In this document: positions 39,556 to 49,262 of the stretch, piece by piece
Position numbering within the stretch: the stretch's first letter is position 1
Layout of the letters: every line of letters starts with the position of its first letter
From: Candidatus Saccharimonadota bacterium
GTDB taxonomy: Bacteria > Patescibacteriota > Saccharimonadia > Saccharimonadales > SLHW01
Direction: 5' to 3'
NCBI GenBank assembly: GCA_024635455.1
Contig: JAGXIU010000002.1
Coordinates: 300,309 to 364,308 of the forward strand
DNA length: 64,000 nucleotides
The notes under the pieces: generated by a model
The model's input: only the letters and a program-made list of their open reading frames with translations
Told to the model about the DNA's origin: nothing
Databases searched by the model: none
Translations under genes and position numbers: made by a program

Positions 39556-40626
39556 ATGAATGTGAGGACAAAACATAAGACTGACCGCTCTCGCGAACTA
39601 GGTGTACGCATAGTCATAGCAATGGCGATACTACTTATTACAGTAGTGTCGCCATTTGCTGTTTCGGCTACAGTTGTCGAAAATAGGTTTGTACAACTAG
39701 AGACAGCACGACCAAGTGACAGCGGCATTCATCGTATCGGCTTTACTATTACTGATTTCAGCACAGATATTGGCTCAATATGGTTTGAATACTGCCAGAA
39801 TGACCCTATTATCGGTGCAGCGTGTGTACCGCCTACTGGCTTTGATGCCTCGGCTGTTACGCTTTTGAGCCAATCTGGTGAGACAGGATTTAGCATTCAC
39901 GCAAATTCAGACGCGAATAACATTATCCTTACGCGGACGGCAACAACGCCAACCCAGTCAGATCTAGTGTATGAGCTTGATGACATTATTAATCCATCCT
40001 ACACCGGTACATTTTATACACGAATTCGTACCCACCAGTCGGAAGACGCAACTGGGTCATATATCCAAGCTGGTGGTGTTGCTTTATCAACTGCACCCGA
40101 AATTGATCTTGAGACCGAGGTACCGCCATACCTAACGTTTTGTAGCGGAGTTACGATAACTGGACTTGATTGTTCTACCGCTAATAACTTTTTTATTGAC
40201 CTTGGTGAATTCTCTGAATTTAGCACAACGACGGCTAGCTCACAGATGCTAGCGGCTACTAACGCCGCCAATGGCTACACGATACGTGCTAATGGTACGA
40301 CACTTACCTCCGGTAATAACGTTATTGCTGCATTACCAGTTCAGAATTCTTCACAAATCGGTGTGAGCCAATTTGGGATGAACTTGCGTAATAACACGAG
40401 CCCGGACGTTGGCGCGAATCCAGTTGGTCCAGGAACCGCAAGCCCACGCTCAAACTACAATACGGTTGACCAGTTTCGTTTCGTAAACAATGATGCTGTA
40501 GCAGCCAGCCCCGTTGCAACCGACACACGTAAGTTTACGGCAAGCTACATTACGAATATTAGTAGTGATCAAGCGCCAGGTGTCTACGCTACAACTATTT
40601 CCTATATTGCCTTGGCAAACTTCTAG
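39556..40626 (+). CDS. Secreted surface protein, paralogue family member 3
   Basis: Signal anchor VRIVIAMAILLITVVSPFAVSA. Motifs IIGAACVPPTGFD, NPSYTGTFYTRI, AGGVALST, YLTFC..DCS, SQFGMNLRNNTSPDVG and ...YATTISYIALANF. Confidence 0.8.
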   Translation: MNVRTKHKTDRSRELGVRIVIAMAILLITVVSPFAVSATVVENRFVQLETARPSDSGIHRIGFTITDFSTDIGSIWFEYCQNDPIIGAACVPPTGFDASAVTLLSQSGETGFSIHANSDANNIILTRTATTPTQSDLVYELDDIINPSYTGTFYTRIRTHQSEDATGSYIQAGGVALSTAPEIDLETEVPPYLTFCSGVTITGLDCSTANNFFIDLGEFSEFSTTTASSQMLAATNAANGYTIRANGTTLTSGNNVIAALPVQNSSQIGVSQFGMNLRNNTSPDVGANPVGPGTASPRSNYNTVDQFRFVNNDAVAASPVATDTRKFTASYITNISSDQAPGVYATTISYIALANF

Positions 40627-40686
40627 CTAGCTGGTATTATTTAAAATCATAAGCGATAAATTAAAAAGATATAGTGAGGGATAAAA

Positions 40687-41682
40687 ATGACGCTTGCAAT
40701 AAAACGATCAGCTATAGTTCTGTGCGCGGTACTACTAGTTCTAACTGGGGCGCTTAGTCTTGGGAAAACATTTGCGCAGCCGGCTGGTCAACAATCGGTG
40801 AGCGGTAATGGATTTCGCGTTTCGCCAGTAACCACTGAACTAATTGTGGAGCCAGGCCAGTCAGAAGTGTTTACAATAACTGTGGAGAACCCAACTGAAT
40901 CAGCTACGACCGCTGTACCTATTGTCAATGACTTTGTAGCAGGTGATAACGAAGACGGTGAAGCGCTACCAATACTGGATCAGAACGCTCCAGCACCTCG
41001 TAATAGCTTTAGAAGCTTAGTTTCTGACCTTGACTCATTGGAGCTAGCAGCAGGTGAGACCAAAGAAATTGACGTAATAATAACAGTACCAGCTGACGCC
41101 AACGCTGGAGGTTATTACGGTATCGTCCGTTTTGTACCAGAAAACCTTAATGATCAAGGTAACGTAACACTCTCTGCCAGTGTCGGAAGTATTGCGTTAG
41201 TACGCGTGCCGGGTGACTTAACCGAACGTGTAGATTTAGTCAGTCTATCGGCATCGCAGGATGAAGAGCAAAAATCATTCTTTACTAGTGGTGACGTAAG
41301 TATACTAACTCGTTTACGTAACAGCGGAGATATTCACTTGCAGCCTTTCGGTAAAATCAATATAAGAAATATGTTCGGTGATATTGTCGAGAGCTTTGAG
41401 CTGAACAATACCACGCCTCGAGCCAACATCTTGCCAGATACTACTCGTCGATTTGTAGATGAGCTAGAGAACGATAGCTGGTTCGGCCGTTATACAATAG
41501 AAGCTAACCTTGGCTACCAACAAGGCTCAGGAGAACCAATCACTGCTCAGTCAACGTTCTGGTACATTCCAGTCTGGGCACTTATAGCTGTGTTTGTCGG
41601 CCTTGCCGCGATTGCACTTGGAATCGTAAGTTTTGTAAACCGCCGTGGACTGAAGAAGCGAAACAAAAAGTCCAAAAAATAA
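40687..41682 (+). CDS. DUF916/DUF3324-like (CscA-like) Ig-fold surface protein with C-terminal TM anchor
   Basis: Signal peptide. FRVSPVTTELIVEPGQSEVFTITVENPT, PADANAGGYYGIVRFV and LRNSGDIHLQPFGKINIRN...ILPDTTRRF. C-terminal TM WALIAVFVGLAAIALGIVSFV followed by RRGLKKRNKKSKK. Confidence 0.72.
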   Translation: MTLAIKRSAIVLCAVLLVLTGALSLGKTFAQPAGQQSVSGNGFRVSPVTTELIVEPGQSEVFTITVENPTESATTAVPIVNDFVAGDNEDGEALPILDQNAPAPRNSFRSLVSDLDSLELAAGETKEIDVIITVPADANAGGYYGIVRFVPENLNDQGNVTLSASVGSIALVRVPGDLTERVDLVSLSASQDEEQKSFFTSGDVSILTRLRNSGDIHLQPFGKINIRNMFGDIVESFELNNTTPRANILPDTTRRFVDELENDSWFGRYTIEANLGYQQGSGEPITAQSTFWYIPVWALIAVFVGLAAIALGIVSFVNRRGLKKRNKKSKK

Positions 41683-41703
41683 GCTCTCGCTCAAATATTA
41701 GTC

Positions 41704-41748
41704 AAGTCTGCTGATGCATAACGAAAGCTTCAGCAGACTTGTGTTTTA
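41704..41748 (+). terminator. Rho-independent terminator between the 40687 and 41790 genes
   Basis: aagtctgctga [tgcataacgaaagct] tcagcagactt followed by gtgtttta. Confidence 0.65.
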
Positions 41749-41789
41749 TAAACAGAGGCGCTAGTATATATGTAGTTAGGTACAACACT

Positions 41790-42719
41790 GTGCATTACAT
41801 AAAAACACTACACAAAAAATCATCAAATTACATTGCCCGTATAGGATCTCTATTGGCAGTCATGCTTCTATTGGCGGTACCTTCTATTACCAGTGCGCAA
41901 GGCGCACCACCTCCAGAGAACCCGCAAGATGGAGCTATTGGTATGCAGGGGAGTATTCCTGCTCCACCACCAAGCCAGGCAGCGACTATTACAGTGCCAG
42001 CTAATGGTGCTAGCTTTGGTGCAACGCCAATTACGGTATCTGGGTTATGCCCCAATGATGATTATCTTATAAAGCTATTTAGAAATAATATTTTTTCTGG
42101 TTCGGTACAATGCGAGGACGGCAGCTATAGTCTAGAAACTGACTTGTTCATAGGCGAAAACGAGCTTGTAGCACGAGTATTTGATGCACTTGATCAGGCT
42201 GGGCCTGATTCTAATGTTGTTATAGTTCAGTTTGAGGACGACAGCCCTGGAGTCGTAGACCGGCCTTCACTTAGTAGTAACTTTGCGCGGCGTGGTGCAA
42301 ACCCTGGCAGTACATTGAGCTGGCCGATCAGCCTAACTGGCGGACAGGGTCCATACGCAATAAGTGCTGATTGGGGCGATGGTTCATCGCCAGATCTCTT
42401 TACTCGTGATAACCCCGGCACATTTGATATAGAGCATATTTACGATAGACCTGGTGTCTATAATATCGTCATAAAAGCAACTGATGCTAATGGCAATACA
42501 GCCTTCTTGCAGTTATCTGGTGTTGCAAACGGCCCGTTGAGTCAAACAGATGTTTCTGGTCCTGACGCAGGTCTAGATGCCTCAAGTGGTCAGATTCGCA
42601 TATTGTGGCAGCCGGCGGCTATACTTGTGCCTTTTATTATTTCGACATTTTGGCTTGGCAAGAAGTATGAACTCAAGCGCCTCCGAGATAAGATTGAGCG
42701 TGGCGAGCGCCCATTTTAA
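41790..42719 (+). CDS. PKD-domain surface protein with C-terminal TM anchor
   Basis: The ORF track starts at TTG 41739, which lies inside the terminator hairpin. The in-frame GTG 41790 is preferred. Signal peptide IGSLLAVMLLLAVPSITSAQG, PKD-like ISADWGDGSSPD...HIYDRPGVYNIVIKATDANGN, C-terminal TM ILVPFIISTFWLG. Confidence 0.75.
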   Translation: MHYIKTLHKKSSNYIARIGSLLAVMLLLAVPSITSAQGAPPPENPQDGAIGMQGSIPAPPPSQAATITVPANGASFGATPITVSGLCPNDDYLIKLFRNNIFSGSVQCEDGSYSLETDLFIGENELVARVFDALDQAGPDSNVVIVQFEDDSPGVVDRPSLSSNFARRGANPGSTLSWPISLTGGQGPYAISADWGDGSSPDLFTRDNPGTFDIEHIYDRPGVYNIVIKATDANGNTAFLQLSGVANGPLSQTDVSGPDAGLDASSGQIRILWQPAAILVPFIISTFWLGKKYELKRLRDKIERGERPF

Positions 42720-42747
42720 TCATTTCTTCTGATACACTAACTCTGAT

Positions 42748-43806
42748 ATGAGCAAAAAACAGCGAGTATATGTTGGTATGTCTGGTGGCGTCGATAGTTC
42801 ATTGAGCGCAGCTTTGCTCGTAGAGCAGGGGTATGACGTCACTGGAGTCTATATGAAGAACTGGTCAGAGGACTTGCCTGGCTTTTCTTGTCCGTGGCAA
42901 GAGGACTACGAGGATGCCATGCGAGTAGCAGTACAACTTGGCATCGACTTTAAGATGTATGATTTTCAGGCTGAATATCGTCAAAAAGTAGTTGACTACA
43001 TGATTGACGGCTACAAGCAAGGTGTTACACCGAACCCTGATATTATGTGCAACCAAGAGATTAAGTTTAAGTTGTTTCTTGAATCTGCGCTAGCGGATGG
43101 TGCGGATATCATTGCGACAGGTCATTATGCTCGCACAAAAAACGGGCGCTTATATGCTGGCATTGATACAAACAAAGACCAGAGCTACTTTTTGTACCGG
43201 GTATCTTCTGATGCATTAAAGAAAACTATCTTTCCGCTTGGCGACATGGCTAAGCCGATGGTACGCGTAGAGGCCAAGCAGCGTGGACTTGCTACTGCCG
43301 GAAAGAAAGACAGCCAAGGTATTTGTTTTATCGGTGACGTTGGCATAGAGGACTTTTTGCGTCAGTTTGTGCAAACTGAACCAGGCGAAATAGTAGATGG
43401 CAGCAATAATAACGTATTAGGTGAGCACGATGGGGCGCTTTTCTACACAATTGGTCAACGCCATGGTCTCGGCATCGGAGGCGGTTTACCATATTATGTG
43501 GTCGGCAAAGATATGCAGAAAAATCAAGTCTTTGTCAGTAGTAACATAGACGATGATCGTTTGTGGACTGAGCAGATGCACATAAGCGCACCACACTGGA
43601 TTTCAGATGTGCCGAAAGAGGCCACAGCCTATCAAGTCCGGGTTCGACATCGAGGAGCGTTGAATTCGTGTACTGTTTCACTCCAAGACCCGAATCAGCC
43701 CGTCATTGATCTAGAAGACCCTCTGCGGGCTGTAGCAGCTGGTCAATCCGCGGTGCTGTATGATGGCGAAGAAGTTCTCGGCGGTGGCATCATCTCCTAT
43801 CGATAA
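42748..43806 (+). CDS. mnmA: tRNA 2-thiouridine(34) synthase
   Basis: PP-loop VGMSGGVDSS, ATGHYAR, KDQSYFLY and DSQGICFIG. Confidence 0.93.
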   Translation: MSKKQRVYVGMSGGVDSSLSAALLVEQGYDVTGVYMKNWSEDLPGFSCPWQEDYEDAMRVAVQLGIDFKMYDFQAEYRQKVVDYMIDGYKQGVTPNPDIMCNQEIKFKLFLESALADGADIIATGHYARTKNGRLYAGIDTNKDQSYFLYRVSSDALKKTIFPLGDMAKPMVRVEAKQRGLATAGKKDSQGICFIGDVGIEDFLRQFVQTEPGEIVDGSNNNVLGEHDGALFYTIGQRHGLGIGGGLPYYVVGKDMQKNQVFVSSNIDDDRLWTEQMHISAPHWISDVPKEATAYQVRVRHRGALNSCTVSLQDPNQPVIDLEDPLRAVAAGQSAVLYDGEEVLGGGIISYR

Positions 43807-43855
43807 ATTGAAACCGCCTGTCGACGACCAATAGTTCTGCTACACTAGTATTCGT

Positions 43856-45763
43856 ATGAACGCACAAGACATCCGCAAGAAGTATCTCGAATTCTTTAAC
43901 GAGCGGCAGCACACGGTGATTCCGCGGGCACAGCTTGTTCCACATGATGACCCGACCACACTGTTTACTGGGAGTGGTATGCAGCCACTTATTCCATATC
44001 TGCTTGGTGAAACACACCCCAAGGGTAATCGCTTGGTTGACAGCCAAACATGTTTACGGGCACAAGACATTGATGAGATTGGCGACAATAGTCATACGAC
44101 ATTCTTTGAAATGCTCGGTAACTGGAGCCTGGGAGATTACTTTAAGCGTGATCAGATTCGCTGGTTTTTCGAGTTTTTAACCGAAGATGTTGGGCTCGAT
44201 CCAGAACGTATTTACGTTACGTGTTTTATCGGTGATGAAGCTCGTGGTATTCCGCGTGACGACGAGTCTGCAGATATATGGAAAGAATTATTTACAGGTG
44301 TTGGTATTGAGCCAAAAGTGGTAGAAATCGGCTCACAAGCAGATGGTGATGCGGCTGGCATGCAGGACGGTCGGATATTTTTCTACGATGATAGCGAAAA
44401 CTGGTGGAGCCGAGGCGGTGGACTCGACCTAACACCAGTAGGTGATCCGTGCGGCCCCGATAGCGAGGTATTTTTTGACTTCGGTGAGGAGAATCATGAT
44501 GCGAACTACGGAAAGCCACATCCAGCCAGTGATTCAGGTCGCTTTATGGAGATTGGGAACCAAGTTTTTATGCAATACCGCCGCACGGAAGCTGGCTTTG
44601 AGCCGCTAAAGCAGAAGAACGTTGACTTTGGCGGTGGGTTAGAGCGTATTGCAGCAGCAGCTATCGATAGCCCAGATGTATTTAAGATAAGTTTAGTCTG
44701 GCCAATTATTGAGAAACTAGAGGCTCTCTCGGGTAAAGCGTACCAGCAGAATACCGAGAGCATGCGGGTTATCGCAGATCACTTACGCGCCGCGACGTTT
44801 TTGGCGGTCGATAGCGTAAAGCCAAGCAACAAAGAGCAGGGCTACGTCATGCGTCGACTTATTCGACGTGCTATACGCTTTGCGTTCGAGCTTGGTGTGG
44901 AGCAAAATTTTCTTGAAGAGATCGTTCCAGTTATTGCTGATGTATATCACGATGACTTCCCTGAGGTTGCCCAGCAGAGAAAAGACATTATAGCTACGCT
45001 TGCTCGTGAAGAAAAAGCCTTTCGCCAAACCCTCCGAAAAGCGATTAAGGTGTTCGAAAAAGATATATTAAAAATGCAAGACGAGCAGGGCAACTCCTCA
45101 CCGACGATTACGGGAGGATTTGTATTCTCTATGTACGATACGTATGGGTTTCCTACCGAGCTTACGTTAGAAGAGGCGAATCAACGTAGCATAACTATTT
45201 CCCCTAATTGGAAAAAAGACTTTGAGGCAAAGATGAATGAACAGCGGCAACGTTCACAGACTGCCGCAAAAGGAACATTCAAGGGTGGTTTGGCTGGCGA
45301 CAAAGATATTCACAAGAAATATCACACAGCTACGCATTTGCTCTACAAAGCGCTACGCACCGTACTCGGCGAGCATGTTATTCAGCGTGGAAGCAATATA
45401 ACTGATGATCGTTTGCGTTTTGACTTTTCCTACCCTGAAAAAGTAACGAAAGAACAACAGGAAAAAATAGAAGAGATAGTCAATCAAGCTATAGCTAAAG
45501 ATTATCCTATGAGCTGGCAAGAACAGCCAACTGATGAAGCTATTAAAAAAGGTGCACTCGGTGCATTCGGAGATAAATACGGTGACACAGTAAAGGTGTA
45601 CAGTGCTGGTTTTCCTGGCGAGAAGCCGTTTAGTTTTGAGATTTGCGGTGGTCCGCATGTTGAGCACACTGGGCAATTAGCCGAAGGTAGTAAAACATTT
45701 GTCATTACCAAAGAAGAATCGAGTAGTGCTGGTGTTCGGCGAATCAAGGCAGTCCTGCGCTAA
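43856..45763 (+). CDS. alaS: Alanyl-tRNA synthetase, short form lacking C-Ala domain
   Basis: FTGSGMQPL and WSLGDYFK. Editing-domain HTATHLL and CGGPHV. The protein ends at 635 aa just after SSAGVRRIKAV. Confidence 0.92.
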   Translation: MNAQDIRKKYLEFFNERQHTVIPRAQLVPHDDPTTLFTGSGMQPLIPYLLGETHPKGNRLVDSQTCLRAQDIDEIGDNSHTTFFEMLGNWSLGDYFKRDQIRWFFEFLTEDVGLDPERIYVTCFIGDEARGIPRDDESADIWKELFTGVGIEPKVVEIGSQADGDAAGMQDGRIFFYDDSENWWSRGGGLDLTPVGDPCGPDSEVFFDFGEENHDANYGKPHPASDSGRFMEIGNQVFMQYRRTEAGFEPLKQKNVDFGGGLERIAAAAIDSPDVFKISLVWPIIEKLEALSGKAYQQNTESMRVIADHLRAATFLAVDSVKPSNKEQGYVMRRLIRRAIRFAFELGVEQNFLEEIVPVIADVYHDDFPEVAQQRKDIIATLAREEKAFRQTLRKAIKVFEKDILKMQDEQGNSSPTITGGFVFSMYDTYGFPTELTLEEANQRSITISPNWKKDFEAKMNEQRQRSQTAAKGTFKGGLAGDKDIHKKYHTATHLLYKALRTVLGEHVIQRGSNITDDRLRFDFSYPEKVTKEQQEKIEEIVNQAIAKDYPMSWQEQPTDEAIKKGALGAFGDKYGDTVKVYSAGFPGEKPFSFEICGGPHVEHTGQLAEGSKTFVITKEESSSAGVRRIKAVLR

Positions 45764-45820
45764 ATTGTCGCTATTTTACCGTTTTATCGGAACAGCTGCG
45801 TGATATACTAGAAACTGATT

Positions 45821-47110
45821 ATGCTAGAAAAATTTCAAGGGGTTAAAACCGCGTTTCGCAACAAAAAGCGCCCAAAAGACAATGACCAGTACGTGGTAGG
45901 CCTTGATATTGGTACCGAATTTGTCAAAGCTTTGATCGCTCGAGTTCGCCATGACGAGATTGAGGTGATTGGTGTTGGTAAAGCCCATCAAGAGTTTGCC
46001 GATATGCAAGCAGGAGCAATCGCTGATATCGCTGCTGTAGTGCAGAACTGTGACAAAGCATTATCGCAGGCAGAGCGTCAGGCCGGTGTAAGCGCTCGTG
46101 ACACCGTAATTGGTATAGCCGGAGAATTAGTCAAAGGCACCACTATTACCGTGACGTGCACGCGCCAATCACCTGAAAAGCCACTCGATATAGAAGAAGT
46201 TGAACATATTGTTGGCTTAGTGCAAGAGCGGGCAGAGAAGAAAGCGCGCAAGCAGCTGTTCGTAGATATGGGCGGAAAAGATATCGAGATACGTCTTGTA
46301 AACAGTGCTTTAGTTGGTATAGAAATCGATGGCTACAGTGTTACTAACCCAGTTGGGTTTCAGGGAAAAGACGTGGTAGTACAACTCTATACAGCGTTTG
46401 CGCCAATGATCCATATTGGGGCACTTGAGAAAACTGCCCAAGAGCTCGATCTTGATTTACTCGCCGTTGCCGCTGAGCCATTTGCTGTTGCTCGATCAGT
46501 TATAGGCAATGATCCGAATCAGAACAAAAATGCTGTACTCATGGATGTTGGCGGCGGCACAACTGACATCGCGGTGGTGCAAGAGGGCGGCCTACAAGGA
46601 ACAGAGATGTTTGGCATTGGTGGCCGAGCTTTCACGCGAGCAATTGAGCGTGATAAAGACATCGACTTTACGGCTGCCGAAAAGATTAAACTAGCATTAG
46701 ATAAAGATACACTTCCGGCTCACGAAAAAGCTCGCGCATTGGAGGCGGTCAAAAGTACGCTTGATGTGTGGCTGAGTGGGGTCGAACTCGCACTGAACGA
46801 ATTTGATTCACTCGACTATCTGCCAAACAAGATTTTACTCTGTGGCGGTGGCTCTAGTCTCCGTTCGTTGATGGATCAGCTAAAGGACTCGTCTTGGTAT
46901 AGTGAGCTTCCTTTTACTAAACGACCAAGTATAGAGCACATTGATCCCAAAAATGTTTACAACATCAAAGATGCAACCGGCGATGTAACTGACCATACTT
47001 TCATTACCGCTCTCGGTTTATTACGAGTAGGCTTAGACACATTGCAACAACAGGCCGGATCAGATACTGGCACTATCCGTCAAAAACTTGATAGGATGTT
47101 ACGCATATGA
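45821..47110 (+). CDS. ftsA: Cell division protein FtsA
   Basis: Actin-fold motifs VVGLDIGTEFVKA and DVGGGTTDIAV. FtsA-type IEIDGYSVTNPVGFQGKDV. C-terminal amphipathic IRQKLDRMLRI. Confidence 0.85.
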   Translation: MLEKFQGVKTAFRNKKRPKDNDQYVVGLDIGTEFVKALIARVRHDEIEVIGVGKAHQEFADMQAGAIADIAAVVQNCDKALSQAERQAGVSARDTVIGIAGELVKGTTITVTCTRQSPEKPLDIEEVEHIVGLVQERAEKKARKQLFVDMGGKDIEIRLVNSALVGIEIDGYSVTNPVGFQGKDVVVQLYTAFAPMIHIGALEKTAQELDLDLLAVAAEPFAVARSVIGNDPNQNKNAVLMDVGGGTTDIAVVQEGGLQGTEMFGIGGRAFTRAIERDKDIDFTAAEKIKLALDKDTLPAHEKARALEAVKSTLDVWLSGVELALNEFDSLDYLPNKILLCGGGSSLRSLMDQLKDSSWYSELPFTKRPSIEHIDPKNVYNIKDATGDVTDHTFITALGLLRVGLDTLQQQAGSDTGTIRQKLDRMLRI

Positions 47111-48819
47111 GCGAACCAAAGAAAACAACACTATATGTTGATGCCAATGACGAGATAACTGCTGTTATTACAAAGTTGCAGGATGCTCCAAGCCGTATCG
47201 TGGCGATTATACTACCAAAGCGCGCGCCGGTATTTCAATCAATCATTAACATTAAATTGCTCAAAAAGGCCGCCGATAAATCTAAGAAAAAAGCCGTTCT
47301 TGTTACGTCAGACAAAACCGTATTACCGTTAGCCGGTTCAGCTGGTATGTATGTCGCAAAAACCGCTCAGTCTAAGCCTTACATTCCTCAGACGCCTTCT
47401 CCGGTGCAATCCAGTATCGGTACAACTGCTACTAAGAGTGAGCTTGACGCAAATAAATCAGTCGGAGAGCTTTCTGATTCAGCAGAAAAATCTGAAGAAG
47501 TCATTGATGTAAGTGATTTTCCTAAAATTGAGCTCGATGACGAGAAAAAAGATAAGAAAGACAAAAAGAAGTCAGGCATACGTGTTCCCAACTTTAATAA
47601 GTTCCGCGTTTTACTGATAGTTGGCATAATTTTGCTAATTCTACTCAGTGTCGGTTGGTATTTTGCTGTCTATGTATTGCCGCGAGCTGACGTCACCATT
47701 GAGACAGCTACGCAGAGTACCGCACAGACTATTGAGTTCCGCGCATCCCCAGACCAAGAAAGTGTCGACCAAGAGGCGTTTGTAGCTCCAGCCTACATAG
47801 AGCAGTTTGAGCTAGATGATTCAGCTTCTGTCAGCACAACCGGAGAGAGAAATGATGGTGATAAGGCTACTGGTTTAGTCACGGTAACAAACTGTGAATC
47901 ATCAGAGTCAGGCTCTATAACTATTGAGCAGGGTGCAGCTTTGACAAGTTCTGGAGGGCGCGTTTTCCGCGCCACAGAAACTGTTGATGTTCCAGGTAGT
48001 TCCATCTCTGGCACAATATTTAATCCACAATGTGATGAAAACGGACAAGAAGAAGTGCCTGTGGAGGCCGATGAAGTCGGGACAGATTATAATATAAGCT
48101 CAACAGACTATACTGTCAGTGACTTTTCCGCTAGTAGCGTTTATGGTTCAGGTGCCGCGATGAGCGGTGGCACCGATGACATCGTACAGATTGTTGATGG
48201 AGCCGATATACGAACCGCTCGGCAGCAAATAGAGCAGGGGTCTTCAGCTGAAGCACAGTCAGAGCTTGAGCAGCTACATGCATCTATGTCACGGACACCA
48301 TTGGTTGAAACACTTACCATAGAAAGCACTGATGAATCCTCCGAGCCTGAGGAAGGTGCTGAAGCTGATGAGGTGACAGTGAGCGTGCGCACCACTTATA
48401 GCATGCTTGGCGTTACAGGTGAGGACGTGCGAACACTTATAGAAAAGCACATGGAGGAAGAAATTGACTTTAATACGCAGGCAATCGTTGATGACGGACT
48501 GGAGAATGCTTCTATTCGTGTGACCGAAGAGGGTGAAGATGGCTTTCGCGTCAGCATTCGCACAATCGTCGCAGTTGGTCCAGAGATAAACAATGACGAG
48601 GTAGCGCAAGCTATCGCCGGTTTGGCGCGCAGTGAAACAAAGTCACTCCTGATAGCTCGCGAAGGCGTACGCGACGTACAGATTGACTATTCGCCATTCT
48701 GGGTCTTCTCGACACCAAACGATCCAGAAAAAGTTTTCATTGAAGTTATTCAGCAAGGATCAGAGCCAGAAGAGCCGACAGCCCCCGAGTCACCTGAAGA
48801 GGGGCAAGCGGAGGGGTGA
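47107..48819 (+). CDS. Hypothetical single-pass membrane protein, acidic ectodomain
   Basis: ATGA overlap with ftsA. TM FRVLLIVGIILLILLSVGWYFAVYVL. No catalytic motif. Confidence 0.7.
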   Translation: MSEPKKTTLYVDANDEITAVITKLQDAPSRIVAIILPKRAPVFQSIINIKLLKKAADKSKKKAVLVTSDKTVLPLAGSAGMYVAKTAQSKPYIPQTPSPVQSSIGTTATKSELDANKSVGELSDSAEKSEEVIDVSDFPKIELDDEKKDKKDKKKSGIRVPNFNKFRVLLIVGIILLILLSVGWYFAVYVLPRADVTIETATQSTAQTIEFRASPDQESVDQEAFVAPAYIEQFELDDSASVSTTGERNDGDKATGLVTVTNCESSESGSITIEQGAALTSSGGRVFRATETVDVPGSSISGTIFNPQCDENGQEEVPVEADEVGTDYNISSTDYTVSDFSASSVYGSGAAMSGGTDDIVQIVDGADIRTARQQIEQGSSAEAQSELEQLHASMSRTPLVETLTIESTDESSEPEEGAEADEVTVSVRTTYSMLGVTGEDVRTLIEKHMEEEIDFNTQAIVDDGLENASIRVTEEGEDGFRVSIRTIVAVGPEINNDEVAQAIAGLARSETKSLLIAREGVRDVQIDYSPFWVFSTPNDPEKVFIEVIQQGSEPEEPTAPESPEEGQAEG

Positions 48820-49262
48820 GTGTTTCTAGTGATGCGACCATTTGCGCGCTCGACGTTGGCGATAAGCGTATAGGCATGGCCCAAGCAAACGTAGTCAGCC
48901 TCTTTCCGCAGCCTTGTGCGGTTATTGTGCATGATGATACAGTAATCGAGCGCTTAAAAGAGCTACTGAGCACACATAAAGCAATCGCTTTAGTTGTTGG
49001 GCTTCCGCGTAGCCTGCAAAGCGATGATACAGCACAGACAGAATCCGTTCGCAATTTTGTTGCCCGAGTGCGTTCATCGGTCCCTGCCGTGCCGCTATAT
49101 TTTCAGGATGAAGCCGGGACAACCAAACAGGCAGAGGAAGAACTGCGTCAACGAAAACAATCAGCAAGTAATGATCCGCGATCATCGAAGGACGCACTGG
49201 CTGCCAGCTACATACTCGAAGATTTTATTCAAGAAGGAAAACACCATGAACTACTCGATTAA
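48816..49262 (+). CDS. ruvX: YqgF/RuvX putative pre-16S rRNA nuclease / Holliday junction resolvase-like
   Basis: ALDVGDKRIGMA, LVVGLPRSL and the RNase H-like pattern. GTGA overlap with the upstream gene. Confidence 0.85.
   Translation: MSVSSDATICALDVGDKRIGMAQANVVSLFPQPCAVIVHDDTVIERLKELLSTHKAIALVVGLPRSLQSDDTAQTESVRNFVARVRSSVPAVPLYFQDEAGTTKQAEEELRQRKQSASNDPRSSKDALAASYILEDFIQEGKHHELLD

Noticed and set aside
48994-49245. Long N-terminal extension of mltG from the ORF-track start (similar cases: tpiA 11030, obg 51656, 38171)
   Set aside because: The extensions overlap the preceding gene or intergenic promoter and terminator signals, and encode non-conserved sequence. Internal ATGs with ribosome-binding sites or -10 boxes give canonical N-termini (MNYSIK..TM, MKRTLIAANWKMH, MFIDSAQV, MVFVEKL signal peptide).
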